The position numbers were made by a program, and so were the translations under genes. Shown in pieces: positions 28,107 through 43,846 of a DNA stretch of 64,000 nucleotides. Numbering within the stretch: the first letter of the stretch is position 1; the number at the start of each line of letters is the position of its first letter. Source of the DNA: the human T2T-CHM13v2.0 reference genome, Homo sapiens; NCBI RefSeq assembly GCF_009914755.1, contig NC_060926.1; one strand, written 5' to 3'. The notes under the pieces are model-generated. The model saw only the letters and a list, made by a program, of their open reading frames with translations, made no database searches and had not been told where the DNA came from.

Positions 28107-28288
28107 TGATGTAGTTTGGCTATGCGTTCCCACCCAAATCTCATGATGAAATGTAATCTCCAATGTTGAAGGTGTGGCCTGGTGGGAAGCGTTTGGATCA
28201 TGGGGGTGGATCCCTCATGAAAGGCTTGTGCCATCCCCTTGGTGATACATGAGCCCTAGCTCTGAGTTCACATGAGATCTGGCCATTT
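28107..28288 (+). mobile_element. MaLR LTR (MST-like) 5' fragment
   Basis: tgatgtagtttggct...cccacccaaatctcat...aatgtaatctccaatgttg...ggatcatgggggtggatccctcatgaa. Confidence 0.85.
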
Positions 28289-28769
<481 letters not shown>

Positions 28770-28870
28770 CTATTGAAAATGACAGGAAGATAATAATAGT
28801 AAATTGCATTGAGAATCCCCTGGGAAAAAGCAAAAGCCTTAAAATAAAGCATTGGAAGCATCACATTTAC

Positions 28871-28960
28871 CTCCTTAACCAGTAAATTTTCTGCCTTGTG
28901 CTCTGCATCTTCAGGTACTGTTGAGTACAACGTGCGGATATCCCAGGAAACTGTGGCTGC
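28871..28960 (-). CDS. DOCK10: DOCK10 exon 3, [30 protein letters not shown]
   Basis: Acceptor cttttcattgttcgtttcag|GCA, donor GAG|gtaaat; 90 nt, phase 0-0; RTLYSTVPE motif of DOCK9/10/11. Confidence 0.97.
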
Positions 28961-29156
28961 CTGAAACGAACAATGAAAAGAAATTGAGTCCTCCGGCTTA
29001 GAAGTGTCGAGCAGACCAGCACACTGAACACACAAAAGGGAAGTCTTTTAGATCTTAGTATTTAAAGTTAACAGAAGACAGAGACACTTCTGTAGTTCTT
29101 CCCAATTTAATCTCTAGGAGAGAAGATGTGGACATTTATTTGATTACCAGTACTAG

Positions 29157-29547
<391 letters not shown>

Positions 29548-30446
29548 TGGAATCTTTTTTATTATTGCTGCTAAGGCTAAAATAAATTTGAAATGAAGAA
29601 GAAAACTTACAAAGTCAGCATTATTTTAATAATATCGTAAATAATCTCAAATATCAAAGGATAAACACAGTCCCTTTTAGAAGCTAACTGTGCGTGTGTG
29701 CGTGTGCCTGTGTGTGCACATGTAGTTGTAGTTAGGGGTGGGAAGGAAGAAGGAGTGTTTAGTAAATCTGAACCTTGAAAAAAATAGGTTGTGTTTTTGG
29801 TGTCTTTATTTTTGCTGAAATAAGAAAACTTTTTCAACTTCCATGCTAAATAAACAATATTCTTTTAAATGAATATATGTTAATTAATATATAAAGTACT
29901 TCTTAAAACAAAACATCACAAACAGAATTTCATAGATTATTGCCTCTTATATGTCTTCAGTCCATGAAGCACAGGAGAATGAAATGCCCTAAAACAGCAA
30001 GTTTCCACTTCCAGCCATCTGCTTCCTTTAGTCTGTGCACCTCAGTAGTTACAGGGATTCTCAGGTGATGAGTCTGTGACATCCATGGTACCAACAGCTG
30101 AGATCTCGTATATTGCACATCCCCCAAATCACAGCTATTCATTTAAACTGCTCTAGATTAGCTGTTGGAACAGATAAGAATCTCCAAACCCATCCTCAGT
30201 ATTGGAGAAGATGGGTAGGGAGGGGTCAAGGGAGTTTTGTCTTCCGAGTTCACAGACCTTGCTGGCAGCTCTGCCACCAAGGGCGGCGTCCTTCCCATCA
30301 TTCCTTCTCTTCCAATCCTGGACTCTTATTTTCTCCAAATCTCTCCTTTCTTCACTCCTGATGTAAGTGCAGGACATTTTATTTTGTTCACTTATAACCT
30401 CAGTGCTAGTTGGATACCTAAATGATTCTTTGTTGAATTTATTGAC

Positions 30447-31908
30447 TGTGTGTACATGTGTATTCCATAAGAGGATGAGAGTGTGTGGGAGCATATATGA
30501 GTGTGTGTGGGGTGTGTGTGTGTGAGCATGTGCAATTGGGTGGGTGTGTCTGTGCAATGAGTGTGTGGAGTGTGTGTGCATGAGAGTGTGTTGCATTTGA
30601 GTGCGTGTGTTCGTATGGTGTGTGTATGTGTTATGTGAGCATGTGTGGTGAGTTTGTGGTGCGGTGTGTGTGTGTGTGGTGTGCGTGTATGTGTAGTGTT
30701 AGAGTGTGTGACGAATGTGTATATGTGTGAGTGTGTGTGGTGAGTGTGTATGTGTATGTGGTATGAGTGTGTGTGGTGCGTGTGTATGTGGGGTGTGTGT
30801 ATGTATGTACTTGTGGTGTGTGTGTGGTGTGTATATGGTGTGAGTATGAGTGTGGTTTGGGTCTGTGAGCATGTGCAATTGAGTGTAGTGTGTATGTGCA
30901 ATGAGTATGTGTGTTAGTGTGTATACATGAGTGTGTCGCATTTGAGTGCATGTGTATGTGTAATGTGAGTGTGGTAGTGTATGTGTGGTGTGAGTGTATG
31001 TGTGGTGTGAATGTGGGCATGTGTGGTGTGTGTGTGGCGTGTGTGAGTGTGTGTATATGTATGTGTGGTGTGAATGTGTGTATGGTGTGTGTGGTATGTG
31101 TGGTGTGTATGTGTGGTGTGAATGTGTGTGGTGTGTGTGTGTATGTGTGGTGTGTGTGTTTGTGGTAAGTGTATGTGTATGTGTGATGTATATACGCACA
31201 GGGTGTGTGTGGTGAGTGTATGTGTGGTCTGTGTGGTGTATGTGTGGTGTGTGTGTGTGGGGAGTGTGTGTATGTATGTGTGGTGAGTTTATGTGTATGT
31301 GTGGCACGTATATGTGTGGTGTGTGTATGTGTGGTGTGTGGTGGGTTTGTATGTGTGTGATGTGTATGTGTGGTATGAGGGTGTGTGGTGTGTATGTGTG
31401 GTGTGAATGTATGTGGGTGTGTGGTATGTGAATGTGTGTAGGTTTGTCTGCATGTGTATGTCTGTACACATGTGAATGGGTGTGATGTGTCAGTGTGAGT
31501 GTGTGGTGTATGTGTGGTATGAGTATGTGTGATGTGTGTCTGTATAGGTGGTGTGAATGTATGTGGTGTGTGTGGTATATGAATGTGTGTAGAGTGTGTC
31601 TGCATGTGTAGGTCTGTACACATGTGAATGGGTGTGATGTGTCAGTGTGAGTGTGGATGGTGTGTATGTGTGGTGTGAGTGTGTACGTGTGGTGTGAATG
31701 TGTGTGGTGTGTCTGGTATGTGAATGTGTGTGGAGTGTGTCTGCATGTGTATGTGTGTACATGTGTGAATGAATGTGATGTGTCAGTGTGTATGTGTGGT
31801 GTGAATGTGTGTGGTGAGTGTTGTGTGTGTGTAGAGTGTGCGTGTGTCTGTCCACGTGTGAATGGGTGTGATGTGTTGGTGTGAGTGTGTGTGCATGTGC
31901 ACATGCAT
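30447..31908. repeat. About 1.5-kb TG/TGG-rich low-complexity repeat with higher-order units
   Basis: Directly visible; recurring block gtctgcatgtgta..t.tgtaca..tgtgaatg..tgtgatgtgtcagtgtg. Confidence 0.95.
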
Positions 31909-32247
31909 GTCGGGAAGCACGGGGTTTGTATCCTGTGAAAGAGGAAGAATGCCATGTAGATTTAATAAGATCAGAGGATGAAAAATAATGAGAAAACTAG
32001 GATCTAGAGACATCAATGATGAAAATGAATGCTCGCCCTAAAGCACAGCTGTGGACTGAGCTCCCTGGGCCACTGCACTTGCTCCAGGATTTAACTGCAG
32101 CTGTATACTCAGAAGAGGCTGTGGCTACCAATTCAAACCAGGCATAGGTGCAGGGAGCAAGCATAGTGCCACGGATGGAACAGGGAGCCGTTGCTTTGCA
32201 TGCAAAGTAAGATAGAGCCAATTTGGATCTTATTATTTACATTTTAC

Positions 32248-32551
32248 TTTTTGTTGCTGTTGTTGTTGAGACAGGGTCTCATTCTGTTGGCCAGGTTGCA
32301 GTGCAGTGGTACAATCACAGCTCACAGCAGCCTCGACCTCCGGGGCTCCAGTGATCAGCCTCCCCAGTAGTTGAGACTACAGGTGCGCACCACTATGCCT
32401 GGCTAATTTTCACTTTTTTTTTTTTTTTTTTTGTAGAGACAGGGTCTCACCATGTTGTCCAGGATGGTCTCCAGCTCCTGGACTCAAGTGATCTGCCTGT
32501 CTCGGCTTCTCAAAGTGCTGGGATTACAGGCATGAGCCACTGTGCCTGGCC
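32248..32551 (-). mobile_element. AluJ
   Basis: J diagnostics acagctcacagcagcctcgacctcc; TSD TACATTTTAC. Confidence 0.92.
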
Positions 32552-33122
32552 TACATTTTACATTTTTAATTCCTTTAGAGTTCCCTTCTTCAAGTTGCTT
32601 ATTTTATGCTATTCACTCTGTTAGAAGATAAATAGTAAATAAACTATATTGAAGTTTTGGAGTAGAATATTAAGAACCATGCCTAAATTGAGCTTTGGGG
32701 ATTACTGCTGAATTTAAATGATCTGGGATGCCTTTGTTTCCTATTCGGATGGATAATTTACAGATATATGGTGTTGCTTGGTTTCCAGGGAATATTACAT
32801 ATTATAATCTACTGGGAACATTAGACATTTTTCTTTCTAATTAAAAAAAAATTCTATATTATGGCCATTATTAATAAAATTTTTATACAAAAATGCAAGC
32901 TATTCCTCTTTTCCATTTTCCACTAGAGTCTCCATTGCTTTCTTGACTTTTTAAAAAAATACTTTAAGTCTGATGGAGAGTAGAGTAACATGGCCCAGAA
33001 TTAAGCTTATAATTAAGTAAAACATAAATAATAAGATCCAAATTGGCTCCATCATATTTTGCATGTGACACAACCACTCCCTGTTCCATCTATGTAGTAA
33101 ACTTACTGTCCCACTACGATCA

Positions 33123-33514
<392 letters not shown>

Positions 33515-33995
33515 TTAGCTAATTTAAGAAGTTTTTTGTTTGTTTGCTTGTTTTATTGGTAAGTTTCTGGAATGTAGGCTTGGGTTCCCCATAACAGTAA
33601 TCACATGGCTACTAGATTAGTAATGTCCTATAGTTAGATAGGCCCCCAAATACATAAGGTAATGTTCACATCCAATTTATGAGACTGCGAATTAATTCAG
33701 GCCGAGTTACAAAAATTGCTTAATCACGTGTACAATGCCTGGTGGTCTCTTGTTATAAAATGATGTTGACTTTTTACTAAATAAGACAACAGGCTGAATT
33801 ATGCTCTTGGAACCATGTGATAAATCTAAAACATTATTTTACAATATGTGCAGTTATTGCATATCTAATATCCTGTGCAGGTTACACAAGGTATAGGAAA
33901 GAGAATACATGTATGATGTATGCCCATAACGTGCTATTGATCTTAGTTGTATTTTATTATAATGCTGGAGCATTTGTCTGAAAAAGTGCAAGGAC

Positions 33996-34347
<352 letters not shown>

Positions 34348-36359
34348 TTAAAAACTGTGGCACTTCTTCTCATTTTAGATCTCTTTAATGTGTCTCCACT
34401 GAAGCAAAAATGAATTGATCGAATACAAAGAAAACTGTAAACAATCATATTTGGTAAGGGTTTTAATATGGTTACAAAGAATTTTTTCTTTTCTGAGAAT
34501 CAGATGCTTTCAGACCACTACAAATTGTCTTGACCACAAGAGATTTCCTGTTCTCTTTTATAAAACTCTGGTCAACAATTAGTATAGCTCAATAGCATAA
34601 AAGGGATCTGAAACTGCAGTGGAACTCAGCTGAGCTTCTCCTTTGGTGGTAGGATTTCATAAGGAGCCTATCTATTGTCCAGAGATCAGGCATTTGGAAA
34701 TAAAAACTGTCCTGAAATGATGCATGCAGGCCTGTGTTTATAGTTTCAGGTCCATGAGATTCAGACATCCTCCCTTGCAGCCCTGTCACTTTCTGGTTTC
34801 TTGTAGCCTGCAGTGGATGGTCTTGGAGGTTTCGTTACAGCCACCAATCTGCTGGCTATACTGGCTACAGAAGACTTCCTTCCAAGCACATCAGGACTAT
34901 CTCTCAATTGGCCAAAGGTCACTGTAAAAGTCTAAAAAAGGGCTGCTTATCCTATCTTGGGGCTGAGAAAAGCTTCCTCTGACAGTATTGTAGCTTCCCC
35001 CTGTTCAAAAAGGAGGACAAAATGATGGTGTTTAAAGTAATCAATCAGTCTAAGCTTGGGGAGTTATAAGCCTCACAATAAGAACTATTAACTAAAACTT
35101 TGTGATTAATGACCCTCAGCATGTGTTTAAAAGTGATTTTAACCTAAATTTCTCAGACATCGATATTGTCTTTTATTCTATTAGAGAATGTCCTTAGATT
35201 ACATTAGTTTCTTGAAAAACATCTTTTACCACATTCAGAAGAGTATTGTTGTGATTTTATTTTACTTATTGTTTAAATATATGAGAATATTACTTTAGTA
35301 CCTGACTTGTGCTTTAAAGGGAAGGCCCTTCTTGTTTTGCTGGGGTTGAACTGTATGGCAAATATACAAATAATGAACAGTTGTCTATTACTTGATAGCA
35401 GTCATTCCAGCCAAGTTAAGCATGAAGACACAGTGTTGTAGTATTTAGGTATATAGTAGTGATAGAATCCTATAAGAAGAACTTCAAGGTGTTTTACTCT
35501 TGGATTGACAAACTACTGAGCCAGTCATTTCACTTCTTTTTTGTGACTTATTTTCCAGGCTCCAAAACATGTCTCATCTCCTCTAAAGAGGTGAGGACCA
35601 AACATTCTACATATGGGAAGATGTGAGCATTAATAGAAACGAGGTGCTCCAACAATATAAAGACACCTACTGCACCAGGACCTCCCCCTGGCAAAGACTC
35701 TGAGGTCTGTGGTCTGAGTTTACCATCCAAGAAAGCCCAGTGAAGAGGGTTGCCTGCTGCGAGGCCTGCAGACATGGTCTAGGGAAGAGAAATGGACTGA
35801 AGAGCGGCCCAGCACTGCCAGCTCTCACCGGCTCCATCCCACCTGGCTGCCCGCATTTCTCCTTCAGGGCCAGCCTCATTCCTGCACAGGGCCTTTGCCC
35901 ATGCTCCTCTGCCTCTCCAAAAGTCTTTTTCTTTCCTCATTCTTTAGAAATCTCAGGTTTTGTATAGGTGCCAGCTCCTTTTCAAAAGCTTTCTAATTCA
36001 TCCAACACACATTTTTCTTCCCTGAATGCTGTTATTTACTCTCTGTAGCACACATGAAGTCTGCAGCTTACCCATAGAATATTTTAGGCCGAAAGGTTAT
36101 GCTGCTGATGAATTCAGCCGGTCATTTTACCTGTGTGTTTTATTGTTTATAAGCAAGCCACATTACATCTGCTTTGGGGGTAAAATATAACAACTGTAAA
36201 ATAAGTTTTGCCATGTTCCTTATTACTCCTTTGCTATGTTCCATTCATTCCTTTTAAAGAATAAAGTGCTCGTATCTACATATATGCTTTCATGATTCCT
36301 TTGTATCCTTCCTGTGATCACGTGCACCACCTCTATCCTAACACATAGAATGGCTTTTT

Positions 36360-36870
36360 AAAAAAACCATCTAATTGAGATATAACTGATCTGTCATAAA
36401 ATTTATCCTTTAAAAGTATAGAATTGAGTGGTTTTTGGTATATTCACAGAGTTGTGCAACCATTACCACGATTTAATTACAGAACATTTTCATCATGCCC
36501 AAAAGAAACCCCATATCCACTAGCATTCTCTTCTCATTTTCCCATCTCCCCAGCCCATGGCAACCACTAATCTCCTTTCTCTCTCTATGGATTTGCCTAT
36601 TTTGAACATTTCCTATACGTGGACTATATGGTCTTTTGGGACTGGCTTCTTTCACTTAATACAATATATTCAAGGTTGATCTAAATTGCAGCATGTATCA
36701 ACATTTCATTCCTTTTTATGGCTGAATAATAATGACATTCCATTTTATGGATATACCACATTCTGTTTACCCATTCATCAGTTGATAGATTATTTGGGTT
36801 ATTCTCATTTTGGGGCTATTATGAATAATGCTTCTATGAACATTTGTGTCCAAGTCTGGTGTGGACATAC
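36360..36870 (-). mobile_element. L1MB-type 3' fragment
   Basis: ttgagatataa...tattcacagagttgtgcaaccattacc...ggcaaccactaatct...ggatttgcctatttt...ggctattatgaataatgct. Confidence 0.85.
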
Positions 36871-38596
36871 ATTCTTAGCACAATCAAACACAGACCAGGG
36901 TCTCCACACACATTCTTACTGAAATGAAATAAACAACCAGAACTGTTTCACTACAGTACTTATTTTCTAATGGCATCACTCACTGTGGGATTCAGGAAGT
37001 TAATATTTCCCCCAACTTGTGTGCCTTTTTTTTCTAAGAAGCGTCGGCCAAAAGCATGCTGTTTAGACAGAAACTAATAGTAAAAGTCAAGGTGCTTATG
37101 TTAGGTGTTTGTCCTTCCAGTTGCTCTATTTCCTTGAACAACAGCCTTTCCAAATCTTAACTTCATTAGCTTGTAAATGAGAGGAATATTATAACATAGA
37201 AAGAATCTAATTCGACAAAGACTATTACTCAGTTTTCAAATTGAAATTACAATGTTCTTACATGAACACCAGGAGCCGTTTAAAAGCCTGCTTTTCAGGC
37301 TCAAAAGCCACAGATTTAAAAGAGGTTGAGATTCTTATAAAATGTTAACCTTTGTCTCAGAAAAAAAAAAAGAAAGAAAACTCATGACCTTACTGATTTG
37401 CAGTTTAAAACATATTCAAATCTTTCTGCTTCCTTTCCTAGAATGACCCTTGTGGTTGAGTCTAGAAGTCCCCATATACCATTTGCTTTTCATTGCTAAA
37501 GACATACTATGAAAAGAACAAGCCATTGGTATATTATGATATCCACTATTCTGAGTTTTAATAGCCAGTGAAAAGTGCAGAATGCCTTTGAGTACCCTGG
37601 GACACAATTCTGACCTACTAATATGAAGATGGAATTTGAGAAGATAATGAGACTCTTAGGTGACTGTAGTCATGTGACATAGACTTTTGACTTTGAAAAT
37701 TGCACTGCCCGGTGTTGAAAGTCTAACTGTTCAAGTGTAAGGTCTGCTTCTTATTCGTATTGGTGTCCTGGATATAAACAGCTTAGATCACCAAAGGTGG
37801 TCCATGAAGGTAAATTGAAATAGAGTTTTACTGGTGTGGACAAAATTGAAGTATAGTTGATAGGTGGTCTTCCTACACAGTGTACAGTCTTACCAGCTTT
37901 CAGACATCAGAACTTTCTTATTTATGGTTTTGTACTTCCCAGAAATGATCCCATCTCAGGCTTTCTACATCTTTTGCTCAGGAAGAAACTCATTTCTGAC
38001 TTTCTCAACTTTTTTTCTGCTATTTTGCATCAGTCTTTTCTTAAACTGAATCATTTGACAATATGATTCAATGTGTCCTTGAAACCATTTTTCTTAGCCC
38101 TTGCTTTCTTTTCTTACTTTCTTTGCCACTTTACTGAGTCACACACTTTGGTGACTAAGTTCTTTATTTTTTGTTTTGTTTTAAAGTTTCTATTACTACC
38201 AGCTTGAAAAAGAAAGATGAAAAAAAGTAGCAAATACAATTATTGAAGCAGTACAAGTTTTTGCAATGAATGGCTTAATAAATACATCAATACTGCTTAT
38301 TTTAGTGAATCATTAGGACACATGTAGTGCAGGAGTTCATACTGCTTAGTCCCAGAACCCACATACAAGGAGGACTAGCTTCTACCTGGTGTGCCAAAAT
38401 AAAGGAAAGTGCTTCTGTGTCAGGCCCTCAACCTGGAAGAAAACTATTTTAATTCAATGTTTGATAATCTATTGAATGCCTATGAATCAGACATTGTGTT
38501 GGGTACTTGAAGTACAGATATGAACTGATTTGTCCCTTGTCTAGTAACAGAAAGGAAGTGAATGAGTAAGTGAAGAAGTACACTAAAGTGTTAGAG

Positions 38597-38720
38597 GGCT
38601 GGGTGCAGTGGCTCACGCCTGTAATCCCAGCACTTTGAGAGGCCAAGTTTGAGGCTGCAGTGACTTCCCACTACACTCCAGCCTGGATAACAGAGCGAGA
38701 CTCCATCTCTTTAAAAAAAA
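38597..38720 (+). mobile_element. Short Alu monomer (FLAM-like) with internal deletion
   Basis: Alu head joined to tttgaggctgcagtga...actccagcctgg...; TSD-like AAAGTGTTA. Confidence 0.8.
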
Positions 38721-39029
38721 GTGTTAAAAGGAGGAAACTAAGCTTTGCTGATATCAGCTATGAGCCAGGCACTATGTTAGAAGGAATGGGCCTCTTTAAA
38801 AAGGGAAACGTGTTCTTAGTGCTGTTTTTTAAGGTGATATGTTGAGTTGAGTTGTGCCAAAGCAGGAAGTATTTTCCTTACCATCAAGCAAAGCCAATTA
38901 CTTCATCCTCTTTGTTCTCAAGAATTTTGTTTCAGAAAAGCCTTTTGGTTCCTCAAGGTACTCAAGGGATCAACATTATGTTATAAAATAGCAATCTAGA
39001 TGTTTCTGAAAGATAATTCATGAAATAAA

Positions 39030-39700
39030 TATTTATTTTCCATCTGCTTTGTGCCAAGTTCTGCTTTAGCTGCTGAAAATCTTTCAACAATCAAGACAGA
39101 AGAAGTCTCTGTCCTGCTAGAGGCTACTGTCTAACAGTGAGAAACAAGTGACAGAGGAGTGAAAAAGCAAACCAAGATATTTCCCAGTGGTGATAAGTGT
39201 TATCAAGAGAAGCAGGTGGGGTCATGTTATAAAGTAACTGGGTGTGAGGGCAATGTAGCTTGGAAGTCAGGGATGCTTCTTTGTAGAGGTGACATTTAAA
39301 CTGAGTTGTGACTGAAAAATAGGAACCAGCTATACAGAGAGTGTAAAGGCCCTACCGAGAGGATGAGCTTGGCAAGTTGGGGGAACAGAAAGAATGCTTG
39401 ATGTCTGTGCAGTGACTGAGGAAAGTAGGCTAGATGAGAGCTCAGAGAACATGGGGAACCAGATGACAGGGGTTATGGGAGGAGCTGGATTTGACTCTTA
39501 AGGCAATGGGAAGCCACTGAGAAGTTTTAACCAGAGGCATGGCGTTATCTAATTTGTGTTCCTAACAGCTTCCATTGAGTACTGTGTGTGAACGAATCAA
39601 AGCGGAGCAAAGAAGAAAGCAGGAGGACCAGTTACAAAACCACTTCTTGGAGGGGAGGTATGGTCCAGGCAAATGAGGGTATTTGTGGCTTGGGACAGCA
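39030..39700 (-). mobile_element. L2 fragment
   Basis: gaggtgacatttaaactgag, ggcaatgggaagccactgagaagttttaa. Confidence 0.7.
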
Positions 39701-40410
39701 GAGTGAATAGAGAAAAACTTTTAATATATACAGTCACAATATAAGAATACTGCCTTGGTGAAAAGTAATCTTTCTCGTGTACCAGATACCAGACGAAGTC
39801 TCTGATTCTCGGTATTTCTTAACCATAAGCATTCTAAATCAACTTGCTTTTTCATCCATAAAAGGGCATGAGCTCCTTAAACACAGGGCTTTTGCTTTTC
39901 TTGTCAGTCTCACTAGTCTAGGAAGTGCTGTTCTATATTCAGCAGCTCGTGGGTGCTGAATAAATATTGATTAAACAAACCGAGTAATGAATCATGTGTG
40001 CTGCAAGTGTGGGTGCTTGGTAACGTGGAAACATACAAGTGAGCTGGATTCTCCAATCTGCAGGGCAGAAACTGGATGAAAGACATTTAGAGGTGGGGGT
40101 GGGAAGCTTGGAGCGGCCCCTCTCCTTCCATCCCTCAATGCCTTGGGATTGGGGTGGTCATTCTATGACCACTTCACATTGACTCCGTGGAGATTGACTC
40201 CACACACCCCAGAGGAGCCTCACCCACTGCTGAAGGGAGAGCTGATGAAATGACATGCTTGCTGACTGCATGGACACTTCCTGTTGGTGCGCCACGTCCC
40301 TAAAATGTGACATAGGCTGTGGGTGAAGCAGGTAACATCAGAGATTTACAGACACGCCTATATTCCACAAAGAGTGTGAGGATAAAAACCAAAAATGCAT
40401 GCAGTTGTAC

Positions 40411-40735
40411 TCTATGTCAGCCAACTTTTTCTGTAAAGCGTCAAAGAATAAATCTTTTCCGGCTGAATGTCTCTGTTGCTTCTACTGCAACTCTGTTGCA
40501 ACCCTGCCTTTACATCATGAAAGCAGCCACTGACAAGAGGTCAAGGAATGGTGTCCGTGTTCAATAAAACTTTCTTTATGGGTATCAGAATTTGAATTTC
40601 AGATAATTTTAATGTGTTTTGAAATATCATCTTTTTTTCCCTAAGCTATTTTAACAACCATAAAAACCATTCTTAGCTCATGGGACATAAAAAATAGGCA
40701 GCAGGTCACCCATGGGCGACAGTTTGCCAAGCTGT
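40411..40735. mobile_element. MER58B-like hAT-Charlie element
   Basis: aactttttctgtaaag...gaaagcagcca...caataaaacttt...aaaaaccattcttagctc...cagtttgcc. Confidence 0.75.
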
Positions 40736-41099
40736 ACTCTGTAGAGCAGTTAAAATGAGGAACAATCTCCACTATTATTCAAAAATAGGCAATTTTATGT
40801 AGAGATAATATCTAACACTATCCTTTTGTTTGTCAGTTGCTTAATGCAAATTAAAATTTAGCCATTTGGAGGATGTGACATTTGCTGATAGTAAGGATTA
40901 GGTAGCATTGAAAATCTCTTGGGCAGAGATTAATTGGAAATGATTCTTTGGATCACACTCCCCACTTTGTCTAGGCCTTGTTTTGTGTTTTCCACACAGA
41001 GCCCAGATGAACTTTTAATATTTAGGAATCCACACTCAGTCATTTGTTTTCCTTCTTGAAACACTCCTGTGACTTGCCCTTGCCTATAGTTAGAATAAG

Positions 41100-41550
41100 A
41101 TGCAAACGCCTTATCCTGTCCAGCCATACCAATCTCCAATCTTGGAGCTCTTCAGGGCCTTTGCACCAGCTACCCCTTTAGCCTGAAACATGCTTTCCCC
41201 AGCATGGCTGATCCTTCTTGAGAACTCAGAACTCAGCTTAAATGTCGCCTTCTTAGAGAGGCTTGTCCCTGGTCACCTAGACCAACACAGCTCTTACCCT
41301 ACTCAGATTCTATCATCAGATTCTGCCTAGTTTTATTTTCCTCATAGAATTGGTCTTTATCTGAATTATCTGGTAAATTAATTGGTTTACCTTTTTGTTT
41401 GGAATAAGTAAATCTTTAATAAGTAAACCCACCAAAAGGTAAGCTCCCTTAGAACCCCAGGTGATTTCTGTCTAATCACTCCTGTCTCCATTCATCAAAT
41501 AATGCCCAGTATTCAGTATTATACATCATGTATTTGCTGAATGAATAAAG
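41100..41550 (+). mobile_element. L2 3' fragment
   Basis: cagggcctttgcac...ctcagcttaaatgtcgcc...tatttgctgaatgaat. Confidence 0.65.
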
Positions 41551-42095
41551 GAAGGAAATGGTTTGGGGTGTGTTATAGAATAGTATGTTTGGAACTGTGC
41601 TGATCTTTTACCCCAGTTGGGAATGAGGGTGACGGTGTATGATGGGCCGGGATGGGGTGGGAGAGGGTAGGCTATGGCTTTGAGAAATGGGCAAGGACCA
41701 CATCTCGAAGCAGGCATTGGGTCATGCCGAGGTGATTGCACTTCATTTTGAAGGCAGTGGGGGAGCCACAGAAGGGTTTTAAGCAGCCATGGAATAAAAT
41801 AGTTCAGTGTATTTATTGGAATGTTCACACTGGAAAAACAAAGAGTTATTCTTGTATTGTCTGTTACGCTGCCAAGAATGATAAAGATCAAGGAGTAATC
41901 AGAGACACTCCTCAATTTAAATGAGCATGGGAAGATGCCAAAACTTTACAGCCCATCTACCTGCATCCTCCACTCTCTTTTTGAGCTGGGAGGCCTTGAA
42001 GTAGCATTTGACATATTTTTGAAGGACATAACTAGGAGAAAAGATGCTCCTGGATTCATGATTTTTGGTGGTGTTTGACATAAAGAGGCTGTTCA

Positions 42096-42440
<345 letters not shown>

Positions 42441-43726
42441 TTAATCTTCAGTCTGAAAAATGAAAATGAGGATGTGGAATTTAAAAAAATGCGGTTTAAC
42501 TTTATGCTTGCAGTTCAACTTCCAGTGGCCTAGTCCAACCACGGAAATGAGATCTCTGCACGAGATAAGTCTCTCTCAAAATGTGCCAGCACTCAAGTGG
42601 AAGCCGTTTAAAATTTTGAAAAACATTGGAAGAGTTTCTTTCTTTCTGTTTACAAATCTGTCTCCTTTTTTCCATGATTCTTCACACTTGAAACAGAAAA
42701 TCATTAACTTCCATATACCTTCTTTTTCATGAATCCATGGAGGAAGGTGAAAAAAAAAAAAACTCTTTAAAAGCCAGAAGCCAGACCTGCCCTCAAAGTA
42801 AGAGAGAAAATGGAAGTTTGAGGCTGCTTGAGGAATGTGTGGGCACTGAGACCCATGCTCCCTGATAGAGGTTTGCATGGACAATGGCTGTTTCACAGGG
42901 ATACCCTTCAGCTGCCTTTTTATTTGCCTTAAGATGTTGAAGTTTGTGATGTCTGAGACCACCTTTCTTTTAGGAAGAGACAGGAAAGTTTAATAGCTGC
43001 CCATTGAGATCTCTGTTTGACAGTTAGATATTAGATCACAATTTAAAAACATTTAAGACCACAAGGTAACAGTATTTTATGTTTGGAACATGTGGGTGCT
43101 CACCATCCACAACTTTGTGTTTGTCTCCAAAGCGAATTTCCTTTTCATTCATTATCTCTACTATCCTCAGAGGCTGTCTGTGTGGTAGTGTGCATTGTCC
43201 TAAAGGGGACTATCTGAGACCGCCAATCTCTCCATGAAGATGTTCTAGCCTACCTTTCTTTGCCCCCAGGTGTCAGTATCTCCTTATGAAAGACAAACCA
43301 AGATTAAGGGTGATTTTTAAGAACTGCATCTTTTGTGCTAATGGAGTCCTGTCTTTGCCATTGGTTGGTTTCAGTTGCTTGGAAGCTTTCAGTTAGAAAT
43401 GGCTGAGGGAGGAAGTGCTCTGTGAGTCCAGGTAAGGCAGTGGTTAGAAACCCAGACATTGGCAGGCACACGAGTGCCAGCTGGAACCGGGCAGTGTCCT
43501 GGGCCTCCTCCCAGTCCCCAGTGGCCACTGACTCACTCAGCCTCCAATCTTTCAACTTGAGGGGGCCCTGGGGTACTTTCTATTATAGGATGTGAACTCC
43601 TGCTGCAGAGACTGAGATGTAGGGTGGCCACAGGGAGGCCTGGACTCTCTGAATCTACAGGGAAAGACAATGACCCAATGTGTAGGGCCCTCCTGAATCT
43701 AAATGGCTTGAGAAGAGAAGACTTAC

Positions 43727-43846
43727 TGAAAAGTCATCACTGGGGAAGAACAAGAGATCTTGAAGAGGATCATTCCGGTAGGTCTTTTCAAGTTCTTCAA
43801 TGACAGTCTCATAATCCAAAGGCTCGAGAAGCCTAGGCTTTTCTTG
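43727..43846 (-). CDS. DOCK10: DOCK10 exon 2, [40 protein letters not shown]
   Basis: Acceptor ttctttttctacag|CAA, donor TCA|gtaagt; 120 nt, phase 0-0; EPLDYE motif typical of the DOCK-C/D N-terminal region. Confidence 0.97.

Noticed and set aside
30153-32016. Long His/Thr-rich (330 and 418 aa) and Cys/Val-rich ORFs
   Set aside because: Artefacts of the TG/CA low-complexity array, which lacks stop codons in several frames on both strands.
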